Of a stretch of 64,000 nt of DNA, positions 37,835 through 47,240 are shown in pieces. Location of the stretch: NCBI GenBank assembly GCA_964434475.1, contig CAYSVS010000002.1:7604-71603 (forward strand), in the 5' to 3' direction. Origin of the DNA: an uncultured Methanosarcinales archaeon. Lineage in GTDB: Archaea; Nanobdellota; Nanobdellia; Woesearchaeales; CAYSVS01. The notes beneath the pieces were generated by a model, which saw only the letters and a list, made by a program, of their open reading frames with translations, ran no database searches and was not told where the DNA came from. The position numbers and the translations under genes were made by a program. Numbering within the stretch: the stretch's first letter is position 1; the number at the start of each line of letters is the position of its first letter.

Positions 37835-38758
37835 ATGACAAAAAAAAGAGTTATGGTAATAGTATTGATGCTTCTGCTAGTTTTTTCTACTGGCTGCGTA
37901 AAGAAAAAATCTACTGAAACATTCGGGCCAGGTGTGATGAGCAACAAGATATATACTGGAACAAATGGCATAAATATGAAATTCATGGAAAATATGCCTC
38001 CTGTAAGAACTTATGATAAATCAGGTTTGAATATTCTTGTAGAGCTTAACAACAAAGGTGCTTTTGAAACAAGCGGAGACATATACATTACAGGTTTTGA
38101 TAAAAACCTCATACCTCTTAAGCCACTGCACCATAGTTTCACTAACCTTGAGCCTAAATCAAATTTTAACGAACAGGGAGGATTTGAAAAGCTTTCTTTT
38201 GAAGCACAATCTTTTAGGCTGCCCGAAGGAACGGATTCGTTCCCTGTGAAAATGCTCGTATCTATGTGCTATCCATATGAAACAAAAGCAAATCCAGTAG
38301 TGTGTATAGACCCTAAGTTGTATGATGTTGATGTTTCAGAAAAAGCATGTGAAGCTAGAGATATTAGTTTAGGCGGAGGGCAAGGTGCTCCTGTAGCAGT
38401 TACAAGAGTTAGTGCAGACACAATAGAGGACAAAGTACATTTCAAGATAGATATTGCTAATGTGGGCGGAGGAGAAGTTATCAGAAGAAGTTCTGTTTCC
38501 TCAACAAAGTGCCCTTTTGACCTTGAATATGCAGACTTGAACAAGGTAAGGTATGATATTGATATGACAAGCGGAAGTTTAGAAAAATGCAATCCAAGCA
38601 ATAATGAAGTTCCATTAACAAACGGCAGAGGATCCATATATTGTACGTTTAGAGTAAACGCAGACAACTCTTATCAAACCCCTATCAAGATTAAATTAGA
38701 TTATGGTTATGTTGACTCAATATCAAAAAATGTTGAAATAGTCAGAATTCCGAATTAA
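37835..38758 (+). CDS. predicted secreted lipoprotein-like protein, paralog 2 of 3
   Basis: Signal peptide plus Cys (VFSTGCVKK). Shared motifs are ENMPPVRTY, CYPYETKANPVVCIDP and QGAPVAVTRV. Confidence 0.55.
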   Translation: MTKKRVMVIVLMLLLVFSTGCVKKKSTETFGPGVMSNKIYTGTNGINMKFMENMPPVRTYDKSGLNILVELNNKGAFETSGDIYITGFDKNLIPLKPLHHSFTNLEPKSNFNEQGGFEKLSFEAQSFRLPEGTDSFPVKMLVSMCYPYETKANPVVCIDPKLYDVDVSEKACEARDISLGGGQGAPVAVTRVSADTIEDKVHFKIDIANVGGGEVIRRSSVSSTKCPFDLEYADLNKVRYDIDMTSGSLEKCNPSNNEVPLTNGRGSIYCTFRVNADNSYQTPIKIKLDYGYVDSISKNVEIVRIPN

Positions 38759-38771
38759 AAGGTGATAAAAA

Positions 38772-39728
38772 ATGATGAAAAAAATATTTGCGATCATTAC
38801 ATTGGTCTTATTTATGTTTTGCGCTGTAGGATGCGAAGAACAAACAAATGAAAAGACATCTACAGGAGCAACAACAAAAGCGTTCATAGGCGGAAATAAG
38901 GGTTTAGACCTTAAGTTCGTTGAAGGTGCACCGCCTGAAGAAGTATATGATGCGGATTATCCTTTCAATATAAACCTAAGATTGGAAAATGTTGGAGAAC
39001 ACGATATTCCTGCAAACGAAGCAGAAATCAAGATAGTTGGAATAGATCCTGCTGATTTCGGTAATCCTGAAGTTGAGAAAAGCAATACAGTAGAACTTAG
39101 AGGCGCTAATCTGGATCCTCAAGGAAACGAAATTTCAGGAAGCATAGAAAATATTGACTTTGAGAATCTACAAGCTTCAACTGTTACAGGAAGCGTGCCT
39201 TACACAATAAGAGGAGAAGTATGCTATCCATACGGAACAACTGCTGTTTCACAGATATGTGTCCTTGAAGATATACTGGGAACTACAAGAAAATCAGGAG
39301 AAGAAGCATTCTGTGAAGTTACAGGGGATAAAGGAGTAGAAAATTCAGGAGCACCTGTGAAAATTGAAAATGTCAACCAAAGAGCTACTGGAAAAGATAA
39401 AATCTCTTTCAGTTTTGATATAGCACATACTGGAAATGGATTGATATTCAAGAAAGATAGTGATTGCAGTCAAGGACTAGAGAATAAGAACAAGGTTAAT
39501 GTAAAAGTAACAAGCGGAATTACCGGTGGAGAGTTATCATGTAGCGGGTTAAGCGCAGGAACTGAAGGAGAGCTAGCTTTATATGGCGAAGGCGGAAAAG
39601 AGAGAAGAACAGTAGTATGTACACAATCATTGCCTACAAAAACAGATTCAGAGAAACAGATAAAGATTGAGCTAGATTATGAGTATAAACAGCACATAGA
39701 TACACAGATAATAGTAAAAAACACATAA
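38772..39728 (+). CDS. predicted secreted lipoprotein-like protein, paralog 3 of 3
   Basis: Signal peptide plus Cys (CAVGCEEQ). Shared motifs are EGAPPEEVY, CYPYGTTAVSQICVLED and SGAPVKIENV. Confidence 0.55.
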   Translation: MMKKIFAIITLVLFMFCAVGCEEQTNEKTSTGATTKAFIGGNKGLDLKFVEGAPPEEVYDADYPFNINLRLENVGEHDIPANEAEIKIVGIDPADFGNPEVEKSNTVELRGANLDPQGNEISGSIENIDFENLQASTVTGSVPYTIRGEVCYPYGTTAVSQICVLEDILGTTRKSGEEAFCEVTGDKGVENSGAPVKIENVNQRATGKDKISFSFDIAHTGNGLIFKKDSDCSQGLENKNKVNVKVTSGITGGELSCSGLSAGTEGELALYGEGGKERRTVVCTQSLPTKTDSEKQIKIELDYEYKQHIDTQIIVKNT

Positions 39729-39744
39729 GAATAAATATTTTTTT

Positions 39745-41061
39745 TTACTTATTTCTTAATTCCGCAATATACTGCTTAAGTTTAGCTATCTCTTTTTTAC
39801 AATCTTTCTGTTGGACATACATAAGCAGAGGATAATAAGAATCCTTTTCCTGTACAGTTTTCCTTAATTTTTCTACCTCTACATTCATAGGAGTGAAAAT
39901 CTTTTCAAATTTCTGATTATCCTTAAGCAACTGCCTGTTGTTTTCCTTTAGAGTATGCATCTCCTTTTTCAATAGTTCCTGCTGCTCTTTTAAAGAATCA
40001 AGTTTTTTCTTGTAAACAAGTTCTTTTTTCTCATGGTCTTTAAGAACATCAACCTGTTTCTCAAGATTATGTATGTTTTTATTTAGATCAGATATATTTT
40101 CAAGTTTTTGTTTTATACTGTCTTTTGACGAATCAAGATATCTATAAAGATCGCCAATAAGTTTATCTTTTTTCTTAAGTTCTGATTTCAATGAAGATAC
40201 ATCCTTGGAAAGCTCTTTAACCTGAGACATATAAAAATCAGCTTTATCATAAGCTACATTTGATTTTTTTACTATCTTGTTATAATCATAAGTAAGCTTT
40301 TTGTTGGCTTTCTCTGCTTCTGACAAAGAAGGTTTGACTTCTGCTAATTTGCTTTTGAGTTCTTTTAGCTCTTTTTCCTTGTTATCTAAAATCTTTTTCT
40401 GTCTTTCTTTATCATTAGACAAATCATCAACTGATTTATGAAGATCGCTTATAACCTTGTTTTTCTGTATGAGATCATCTTTCTTTTGCTTAATCTCATT
40501 GTCTTTTTTCTTGATTTTTTTATTAAGAAGATCTATCTTTTCAAGGTAACCCATCCTTTTTTTGACATCTATACTTATACTTTTGTCCTCTTTAAATTTG
40601 TGCTGTTGAGTTTTACTCTTTTTCGATTCTACAGAACTCTTCTTTGTTTTAGGAATATTAAACCTTATTTGAGGTTTTGCCTTCTTAACAGGATTTTTAA
40701 TCTTTTTATCTTTCTTCTGTTTGGATTGTTTTTCCATGGATTTTCCTTTTTTTCCAAATAATTTGGATAAGAAACCTTTTTCAGATTTTTCAGAATATTT
40801 TTTTGTAAGAGACTTAATTTCTTTTGGCGGCAAAGGTATATCCATTTCTGTGTTTTTTTTGTTTTTATTTTTTTTAGATGATTTTTTTTGTTTTGTCTTT
40901 TTTGATTGTTTAGGTTTAGATTTTGATTTTTGCTTTTTAAATTTACTTCTAGACCTGGAAACTTTTTTTTTTGAACTAGTTGAAGATTTCTTTAGGGATC
41001 TGATTCTTGATTTAGATTTGCTTTTAGATTTCGCTGAACGAGATGTTTTTTTCTTTGCCAT
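39745..41061 (-). CDS. hypothetical protein: Lys/Ser-rich basic N-terminal tail + long coiled-coil
   Basis: The start was set at the ATG at 41061 (MAKKKTSR), preceded by an AAGAGGTC Shine-Dalgarno sequence. About 130 aa of K/S-rich sequence (SKSKSKSRIRSLKK…) precede about 300 aa of heptad-like coiled-coil. Confidence 0.5.
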   Translation of the reverse strand: MAKKKTSRSAKSKSKSKSRIRSLKKSSTSSKKKVSRSRSKFKKQKSKSKPKQSKKTKQKKSSKKNKNKKNTEMDIPLPPKEIKSLTKKYSEKSEKGFLSKLFGKKGKSMEKQSKQKKDKKIKNPVKKAKPQIRFNIPKTKKSSVESKKSKTQQHKFKEDKSISIDVKKRMGYLEKIDLLNKKIKKKDNEIKQKKDDLIQKNKVISDLHKSVDDLSNDKERQKKILDNKEKELKELKSKLAEVKPSLSEAEKANKKLTYDYNKIVKKSNVAYDKADFYMSQVKELSKDVSSLKSELKKKDKLIGDLYRYLDSSKDSIKQKLENISDLNKNIHNLEKQVDVLKDHEKKELVYKKKLDSLKEQQELLKKEMHTLKENNRQLLKDNQKFEKIFTPMNVEVEKLRKTVQEKDSYYPLLMYVQQKDCKKEIAKLKQYIAELRNK

Positions 41062-41153
41062 ATTTAAGACCTCTTTTTTATAATATATAGTATCCACTAT
41101 TTATTAATCTTTTGATAATTTTAGAATGATAAACAAGTTTTTTGATAATTGCA

Positions 41154-42110
41154 TCAATTCTTTGCTAAAGTAAATTGTGCCAGTAAAGCTTCCAGCTGAA
41201 CATAGTCGTCTGATCCTTCTACTAATCTAAACTCAATCTCGCCGCATTTATCTATAAGGATTATCTTTTGTTTTGAATCTATGTCTAATTCCCATACTTC
41301 TTTCTGTATCTGTTTTATGACATCTAATCCCGATAATCCGTAATTTAGCATCACTTTTAGAAGTTTTTTCTTTGCTTCTATAAAATTATTTTCTATAGCA
41401 AGCTGAAGAACTTCCTTAACCTCTTTTGGCCGCGCTACAGAAGATAAAGAATAAATATTCTCAGCGGTAATGGTAGGATTGATAGCTGCGCAGCTTTGCA
41501 TAACGTTCTCCACTCTTCTACAATCACCTTCGCTTACATCAACAAGCGCTTTTTTCGCTTCTGCATCAACTGTTAATTGTTCTTTTTCTGAAATGTAATC
41601 TATAAGTTCATTTATGTCTTCCTGCGGAAGCGGTTTAAAACGGAATATAGCACATCTGCTTTGTATAGGATCTATAATCTTGCTGCTGTAATTGCAGCTT
41701 AGTATAAATCTGCATGTCAAGGTATAGTTTTCCATGGTTCTTCTTAGAGCTTGCTGTGCGTCTTTTGTCAAAGCATCGCATTCATCTAGAAATATTATTT
41801 TGAATGGAACGTTGCCGATGGCTCGTGTCCTTGCAAAATCCTTTACTTTTACTCTTACTACATCTATTCCTCTTTCATCTGATGCGTTTAATTCCAAGAA
41901 GTTCTGTCTCCAACCTTCTCCAAACAACTGTTTTGCTATCACTAGTGCTGTTGTTGATTTCCCTACGCCAGCAGGCCCTGATAATAACAAGTGAGGCATA
42001 TTACCCTGTTTAACAAATGCTTTGATTCTCGGAATAGTCTCTTTCTGACCTTTGATCTCATCGAATGTTTTTGGCCTATATTTCTCTATCCATATCTTAT
42101 GTTCATACAT
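41154..42110 (-). CDS. rfcS: replication factor C small subunit (clamp loader AAA+ ATPase)
   Basis: The start was set at ATG 42110 (MYEHKIWIEKYRP). RFC box II/III are present, with Walker A (SGPAGVGKST), Walker B and DEAD-like (IIFLDECDALT), SRC (QSRC) and sensor motifs. The track ORF's upstream extension reads through AT-rich intergenic DNA. Confidence 0.88.
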   Translation of the reverse strand: MYEHKIWIEKYRPKTFDEIKGQKETIPRIKAFVKQGNMPHLLLSGPAGVGKSTTALVIAKQLFGEGWRQNFLELNASDERGIDVVRVKVKDFARTRAIGNVPFKIIFLDECDALTKDAQQALRRTMENYTLTCRFILSCNYSSKIIDPIQSRCAIFRFKPLPQEDINELIDYISEKEQLTVDAEAKKALVDVSEGDCRRVENVMQSCAAINPTITAENIYSLSSVARPKEVKEVLQLAIENNFIEAKKKLLKVMLNYGLSGLDVIKQIQKEVWELDIDSKQKIILIDKCGEIEFRLVEGSDDYVQLEALLAQFTLAKN

Positions 42111-42660
42111 AATCAAGAAGAAAAAGGAATCGTTTATATAGTTTATGATAATAGAGAAAATAGTATTACTCTTGATTTTTAGCAGTTTAATATTTACTAA
42201 ACGTCTCCTTTTGCTCTGGAACTTGAAATAATTCAATATTTTGGATTTGTCAACGCATTTATATTTCTGCAAATTTTCTTGAGATGTTTAAATATCATCA
42301 AAATTATCTAAGAAATCAACAAACCATATGGATTGTATATGACCTTTGAAAACTTTCTTTTTTGTAATTTTTCAGAATACCCATATTTGTTATAGGATGC
42401 TTCTTTATTATCCTTATTTTCACAACACCTATCTTTTCTTCTATCTCTCTAGATACTGCATCAATTTCTTCTTCATCTTCATCTTCATCAACACCGCCTT
42501 GGACAAAATACTAAATATATTTTTCCTGTTATTTAGAGTTGACAATCAGAATATCTATCATCTTTTTAAATTATAACCTAAACTGGTTTTCTGTATTTTT
42601 TAAAAAGCATTTCAAAAATAAAAATCAAAATTAATAAATTGAATAAATCAAAAAAGAAAT

Positions 42661-42921
42661 CTAAATAATATCTTCTTCAGATATTACCATGTAGTCACCG
42701 ATAGCTATAACTGCGCTGAATGGGATAAGTATGTTTCCAGCCTTGTCTTTCTCTAACTCTAGCTTATCAGTATATGAAGTAGGATTAGTCAATACCATAT
42801 GTATCAATTCACCAGATCTAGTCTCGAAAATAATGTCTCCGACATCACCAAACTTTTTTCCTGTTTTGCTTACAACTGTTTTACCGATCAATTGTTTTGA
42901 AAATTTTTTTTCTTCACTCAT
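42661..42921 (-). CDS. PRC-barrel domain protein
   Basis: The start was set at the ATG at 42921 (MSEEKKF), preceded by a GAGAGGGGA Shine-Dalgarno sequence. The PRC-barrel signature LIGKTVVSKTGKKFGDVGDIIFETRSGEL is present. Confidence 0.65.
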   Translation of the reverse strand: MSEEKKFSKQLIGKTVVSKTGKKFGDVGDIIFETRSGELIHMVLTNPTSYTDKLELEKDKAGNILIPFSAVIAIGDYMVISEEDII

Positions 42922-43397
42922 GAAATATCCCCTCTCTAAAAACATTATAAATAATATATTATGTTTTGATAGGCTAGTATTTAAATTTTGCTATTTATTT
43001 CATAAAAAGTGTTACGCAGGAGTGAAGAACTTTTCCTGTGTAATCTATATTATAAAAGCATTTAAATAGTATTATATAACTTGTTTTGAAAATAAATAAC
43101 ATAGATATATGACAAAAACAAATGCAATATAAGAAAAAAAGATTTCAGAAACAGTGTCATGGTTCGCAATTGCTGACTGATCGATTGTGATTGTATTTGC
43201 CATATACAAATTATTTAAAGGATTATAAACTTAATGTATTAAACATAGTATTAAATTGGGTTATGTTGATCTCAACAGACCCATTGTTATTATATGAACT
43301 TGCTTAAGACAAGATATAATTAGTAACCTATAATATATACTTCATAACAGCAACTACATATAATTAAAGAATTTTAAATGAAATCAAGGTGAATTGA

Positions 43398-44420
43398 ATG
43401 GATAAATATAAAAAAATCACAAGAAATCTTAAAGAGGTAGTAGGAGAAGATAAACTCAAGCAAATATTAACAGAAAGACATCTAAAAATATATTGGGGTA
43501 CTGCGCCAACAGGAAAACCGCATTTGGGTTATTTTGTTCCTATGCTTAAGATCGCAGATTTTCTGGAAGCAGGCTGCCAAGTTACAATACTTTTTGCAAA
43601 CATACATGCTTATTTAGACAATATGAAAAGCACTTGGGAATTGTTAGATAAAAGAACAAAATATTATGAAATTATGATCAAGGAAATGTTGAAATCTTTA
43701 GGCGTGCCTTTGGACAAGCTAAAATTCGTAAAAGGAACAGATTTCCAATTAAGCAAGGAATACACCTTAGATGTTTACAAAATAAGTGCATTAGCTTCAA
43801 CAAGAGATACTAAAAAAGCAGGTGCAGAAGTTGTCAAACAATTAGAAACACCAAAAATGTCTGGATTGTTATATCCTATCCTACAAGCATTGGATGAACA
43901 ATATCTGGATGTTGATGTTCAATTCGGAGGAGTAGATCAAAGAAAAATATTTATGTTTGCCAGAGAATTCTTACCTAAGATAGGATATGAAAAAAGATGT
44001 CATCTTATGAATGAGCTTATTCCAGGATTAGGAGAAAACGGAAAGATGTCCTCTTCTGAACCAAACTCGAAGATAGATTTTGATGATACTGATAAGAAGA
44101 TAAAGAAAAAGATTAACAAAGCGTTTAGTGTAGACGGAAAAGTGGAAGGTAATGGTTTACTCGCCATTTTAAGAGCAATAATTTTTTATAGACTAGAAAA
44201 AGAAAACAAAGAATTCGTGATAGACAGACCAGAAAAATATGGAGGGAAGATAAGCTTCAAGACATATGAAGAAGTCGAAAAGGCTTTTGCTGAAAAAAAG
44301 CTTGCTTCTGTTGACCTTAAGCAAGGAGTTGCTGAAGAAGTCATCCAAATTATTAGCCCATTAAGGGAAACTCTGGAAAAAAACAAGGAGTTGTATGAAG
44401 AAGCTTATCCAAGCAAATAA
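43398..44420 (+). CDS. tyrS: tyrosine--tRNA ligase (archaeal/eukaryal type)
   Basis: A class I HIGH-like motif (TGKPHLGYF) and KMSKS (KMSSS) with spacing typical of archaeal TyrRS. Confidence 0.88.
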   Translation: MDKYKKITRNLKEVVGEDKLKQILTERHLKIYWGTAPTGKPHLGYFVPMLKIADFLEAGCQVTILFANIHAYLDNMKSTWELLDKRTKYYEIMIKEMLKSLGVPLDKLKFVKGTDFQLSKEYTLDVYKISALASTRDTKKAGAEVVKQLETPKMSGLLYPILQALDEQYLDVDVQFGGVDQRKIFMFAREFLPKIGYEKRCHLMNELIPGLGENGKMSSSEPNSKIDFDDTDKKIKKKINKAFSVDGKVEGNGLLAILRAIIFYRLEKENKEFVIDRPEKYGGKISFKTYEEVEKAFAEKKLASVDLKQGVAEEVIQIISPLRETLEKNKELYEEAYPSK

Positions 44421-44436
44421 AAACATTTATTAAGCA

Positions 44437-45819
44437 TTGTTTTTTATATTTTATCATATGTTCGATAAGATATATAATATTCTAAAAAAAGAACAGAACA
44501 TTAAGTTCTGGGAGTATAGAGAAGACAATATTTCAGTTAATTCTCTAAGTGCTTGGAACGGAGATATCAAAAAGATAGAGTCTGGAGTAAAGCAAGGGAA
44601 TTCTTTTAGGGTGCTTTTTGGCAACGGATGGGGTTTTGTATATTCTGATAAAAAAGACATAGAAAAGTCTGTGAAAAATGCGATAAGAATCGCGAAAGCT
44701 ATGGGCAAACACAACAAGGAAAAAAAAGAAGTCTATATTGCAAAGCAGATAAAGAAAAAAGTCAAGAGTAAGTTCAAGATAAACAATGAAGATATTGAAC
44801 TAAAAGAAAAAAAAGATCTTGTAATTAATAATTCCATAGTGAAGAACAAAAATATCAAGAATTGTATGGTCTCTTATAATGACATAGATAAAATAAAAAG
44901 TTATGTTAATTCTGAAGGAAGTGAAATACAACAAAAATTAAGGTATACTATGACAGGCATAAACGTAACATCAAGAAAAAATAACAGGATGGAAAACTTT
45001 TTTGAAAGACACGGAGAATTAGCAGGATATGAGGTAACTCAAGACCTGAATAGGATGTTGAATAATTCAATAAAAAAATCTATAGATATGCTTGATTCAA
45101 AAATACCTAAATCAGGCAATATGCCAGTTATATGTGATGGAGCTTTGACTGATGTTTTTATACATGAAGCCCTAGGCCATGCTGCAGAAGCAGATCATCT
45201 TTTGCAGAACAGCAGCTGCCTTAAAGGATTGGGTGGAAAAAGTATTGCACCAGAAACAGTCAACATATATGATGATGCAACAATGCCTGGATTGTGGGGA
45301 AGTTATTTCTATGATGATGAAGGTATAAAAGCGCAGAAAACAAGCCTCATAGAGAAAGGACGACTAACAGGTTTTATGCATTCAAGAGAGACAGCCGCAA
45401 AATATGAATCAACACCAACAGGAAACGCAAGAGCTCAATCAGCAAGTTATATTCCTATAGTAAGGATGAGCAACACATATATAAAAAAAGGAAAAGATAA
45501 GTTTGAAGATATGGTAAAAAGCATAAAGAAAGGCGTTTATTTAAAGGGCAGTATAGGAGGACAAGTAGACCCAACAACAGGTAATTTTACTTTTTCAGCT
45601 CAAGAAGGTTTTGAGATAAATAAAGGAAAGATAGAAAAAAGGCTAAAAGGAGTTTCTTTGTCAGGAAATACATTAAAGATATTGCAGAATATAGGCATGA
45701 TATCAAATAAATACGAGAAAAGTTTTGCAGGACATTGCGGAAAAGCAGGACAGTATGTTCCGGTTTATGGACCTTGTCCGAACATATTGATAAAAAAAGC
45801 AACAGTAGGTGGAAACTAG
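44437..45819 (+). CDS. tldD: TldD-family metalloprotease subunit
   Basis: The HExxxH-type motif (HEALGHAAEADH) and a Gly-rich C-terminal β-domain are present. The start could alternatively be the ATG at 44458 (MFDKIYN). Confidence 0.8.
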   Translation: MFFIFYHMFDKIYNILKKEQNIKFWEYREDNISVNSLSAWNGDIKKIESGVKQGNSFRVLFGNGWGFVYSDKKDIEKSVKNAIRIAKAMGKHNKEKKEVYIAKQIKKKVKSKFKINNEDIELKEKKDLVINNSIVKNKNIKNCMVSYNDIDKIKSYVNSEGSEIQQKLRYTMTGINVTSRKNNRMENFFERHGELAGYEVTQDLNRMLNNSIKKSIDMLDSKIPKSGNMPVICDGALTDVFIHEALGHAAEADHLLQNSSCLKGLGGKSIAPETVNIYDDATMPGLWGSYFYDDEGIKAQKTSLIEKGRLTGFMHSRETAAKYESTPTGNARAQSASYIPIVRMSNTYIKKGKDKFEDMVKSIKKGVYLKGSIGGQVDPTTGNFTFSAQEGFEINKGKIEKRLKGVSLSGNTLKILQNIGMISNKYEKSFAGHCGKAGQYVPVYGPCPNILIKKATVGGN

Positions 45820-47070
45820 ATGTTTGATGAAGCCAGAAAGATGCTGAAATTTGCAGAAAATAAATGCGACTATGTTCAGATAAATATAGATACAAATGAC
45901 GAAAAAAGCATAAGTTTGATGAACAACAATATAGATCTGTTTCAAAACAAAAAAACAACACAATATTCTATAAAAGTATGGATTAAAGGAAAAGAAGGAA
46001 GCTCTTACAGCAACAATTTTGACATGGATACAGTAAAGAAAGCGATAAAGATAGCGAAACTTAACTCAAAAAAAGAATATTTCTATGGTTTGCCAAAAAA
46101 ACAAGATTATAAACAGCCGGATATTTTTGACAAAAGGATAGAAGCGTTGTCAGAAGAGAAACTTATAGATATGTCAAAGAAAATATTAGATGAAACTTCA
46201 GATAACAAGGTAAAATTAAGTTCAGGAGATATAGATACTAGCATTTCAGAAGGATATATATTGAATTCTAACGGAATCGAAGCAGTAGAAAAAGCATCAG
46301 ATATGTCTATCAACATAGGTACAGTAGCAAAATCAGGAAAAAATATAAGCAGCTGGTATGATTATAAGCAAGGCAACAGAATATTTGATGTTCGCGAGAT
46401 AGGAAAAAAAGCAAAAGAAAAGACATTGTTATATCTTGATGCAAAAAAGATTGCGAAAAAACCAAAAGTTGTTGTGTTGAACACAAGAGTATTGGCGCAA
46501 TTGCTTAACTATAGTTTTTTACCTAACCTGAACGGAAAGAACGTTGAAAAGCACAAATCACTATTCTGCGGAAAGATAAATGAAAAAGTTTTAGACAAAA
46601 ATATGTCAATCTATGATAACGGCACACTTAACAAAGGACTGCAGTCAGCTGCTTTTGATTCAGAGGGAACAGCAAGCAAAAACACATGCCTTGTTAAGGA
46701 CGGAGTGATAAAAAATTTTATCTATGATTTTAATACAGCAAAGAACAACAATACAGCATCGACAGGCAATGCAAGCAACGGAGATATAGACTTCACCAAC
46801 GTGGTGATCAAAGCTCCTAAAAAAGATATTAAAGATGCTTTGTTTATTGAAAGCATAATGGGAGCACATACAAGTAACAGCTTAACAACCGATTTCTCAG
46901 TTAAAGTCGAGCACGGAATGATAGATAACAAGCCAGTAAAGGATTTTATGATATCAGGAAAGATGATAGATGTGCTTAACAATATAATTAGCATGGGTAA
47001 AAAGGTTGAACAAAAAGGATTTCTTGTTTCTGGAAGTTTGGCTACAAATCGCATCAATATTATCAAATAA
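45820..47070 (+). CDS. pmbA: PmbA/TldE-family protein (TldD partner)
   Basis: A TldD/PmbA-family fold without the HExxxH motif lies immediately downstream of tldD, which is the typical paired arrangement. Confidence 0.75.
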   Translation: MFDEARKMLKFAENKCDYVQINIDTNDEKSISLMNNNIDLFQNKKTTQYSIKVWIKGKEGSSYSNNFDMDTVKKAIKIAKLNSKKEYFYGLPKKQDYKQPDIFDKRIEALSEEKLIDMSKKILDETSDNKVKLSSGDIDTSISEGYILNSNGIEAVEKASDMSINIGTVAKSGKNISSWYDYKQGNRIFDVREIGKKAKEKTLLYLDAKKIAKKPKVVVLNTRVLAQLLNYSFLPNLNGKNVEKHKSLFCGKINEKVLDKNMSIYDNGTLNKGLQSAAFDSEGTASKNTCLVKDGVIKNFIYDFNTAKNNNTASTGNASNGDIDFTNVVIKAPKKDIKDALFIESIMGAHTSNSLTTDFSVKVEHGMIDNKPVKDFMISGKMIDVLNNIISMGKKVEQKGFLVSGSLATNRINIIK

Positions 47071-47089
47071 GCAAGTTTATTTCTTACAT

Positions 47090-47213
47090 ATTAAGTATTA
47101 TATAATACAGATTAAGTATAAATAAATACAAATTAAGTACAATTATTTATATTAAACAAATATTTCTTATAAATTAAGTATTTTTTCTTACAAAATAGAA
47201 AAGTTTATAAATA
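47090..47213 (+). promoter_or_regulatory. phased array of four ATTAAGTA boxes (21-nt spacing) plus TATA box for the HTH/giant-gene operon
   Basis: ATTAAGTA occurs at 47090, 47111, 47132 and 47173, giving spacings of 21, 21 and 41 nt. TTTATAAATA lies at 47204-47213, about 30 nt upstream of the ATG at 47241, which implies a leaderless transcript. Confidence 0.5.
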
Positions 47214-47240
47214 GTTTTTATAAAATATTATACCAGTTAT

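Noticed and set aside
42110-42272. 5' extension of the rfcS ORF (MQKYKCVDKSK…FFFLI)
   Set aside because: The extension begins at a non-ATG codon and reads through AT-rich intergenic sequence. The conserved RFC N-terminus MYEHKIWIEKYRP begins at the ATG at 42110.
42300-42660. AT-rich 390-nt intergenic region upstream of rfcS containing a GAA/GAT trinucleotide run (42470-42500) and ORF 42346-42576 (+)
   Set aside because: The + strand ORF is Phe/Ile/Tyr-rich nonsense. The minus-strand acidic frame (VDEDEDEEEIDAVSREIEEK…) has no ATG start and is under 65 codons. It is most simply a promoter or spacer region with a short microsatellite. A small acidic protein cannot be excluded.
42946-43397. 450-nt intergenic region between the PRC-barrel gene and tyrS, including ORF 42731-43069; examined for tRNA or small-RNA genes
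   Set aside because: No GC-rich stem-forming segment with tRNA-like structure is visible. The sequence is uniformly AT-rich. The ORF has no start context, and part of it is antisense to the PRC-barrel gene.
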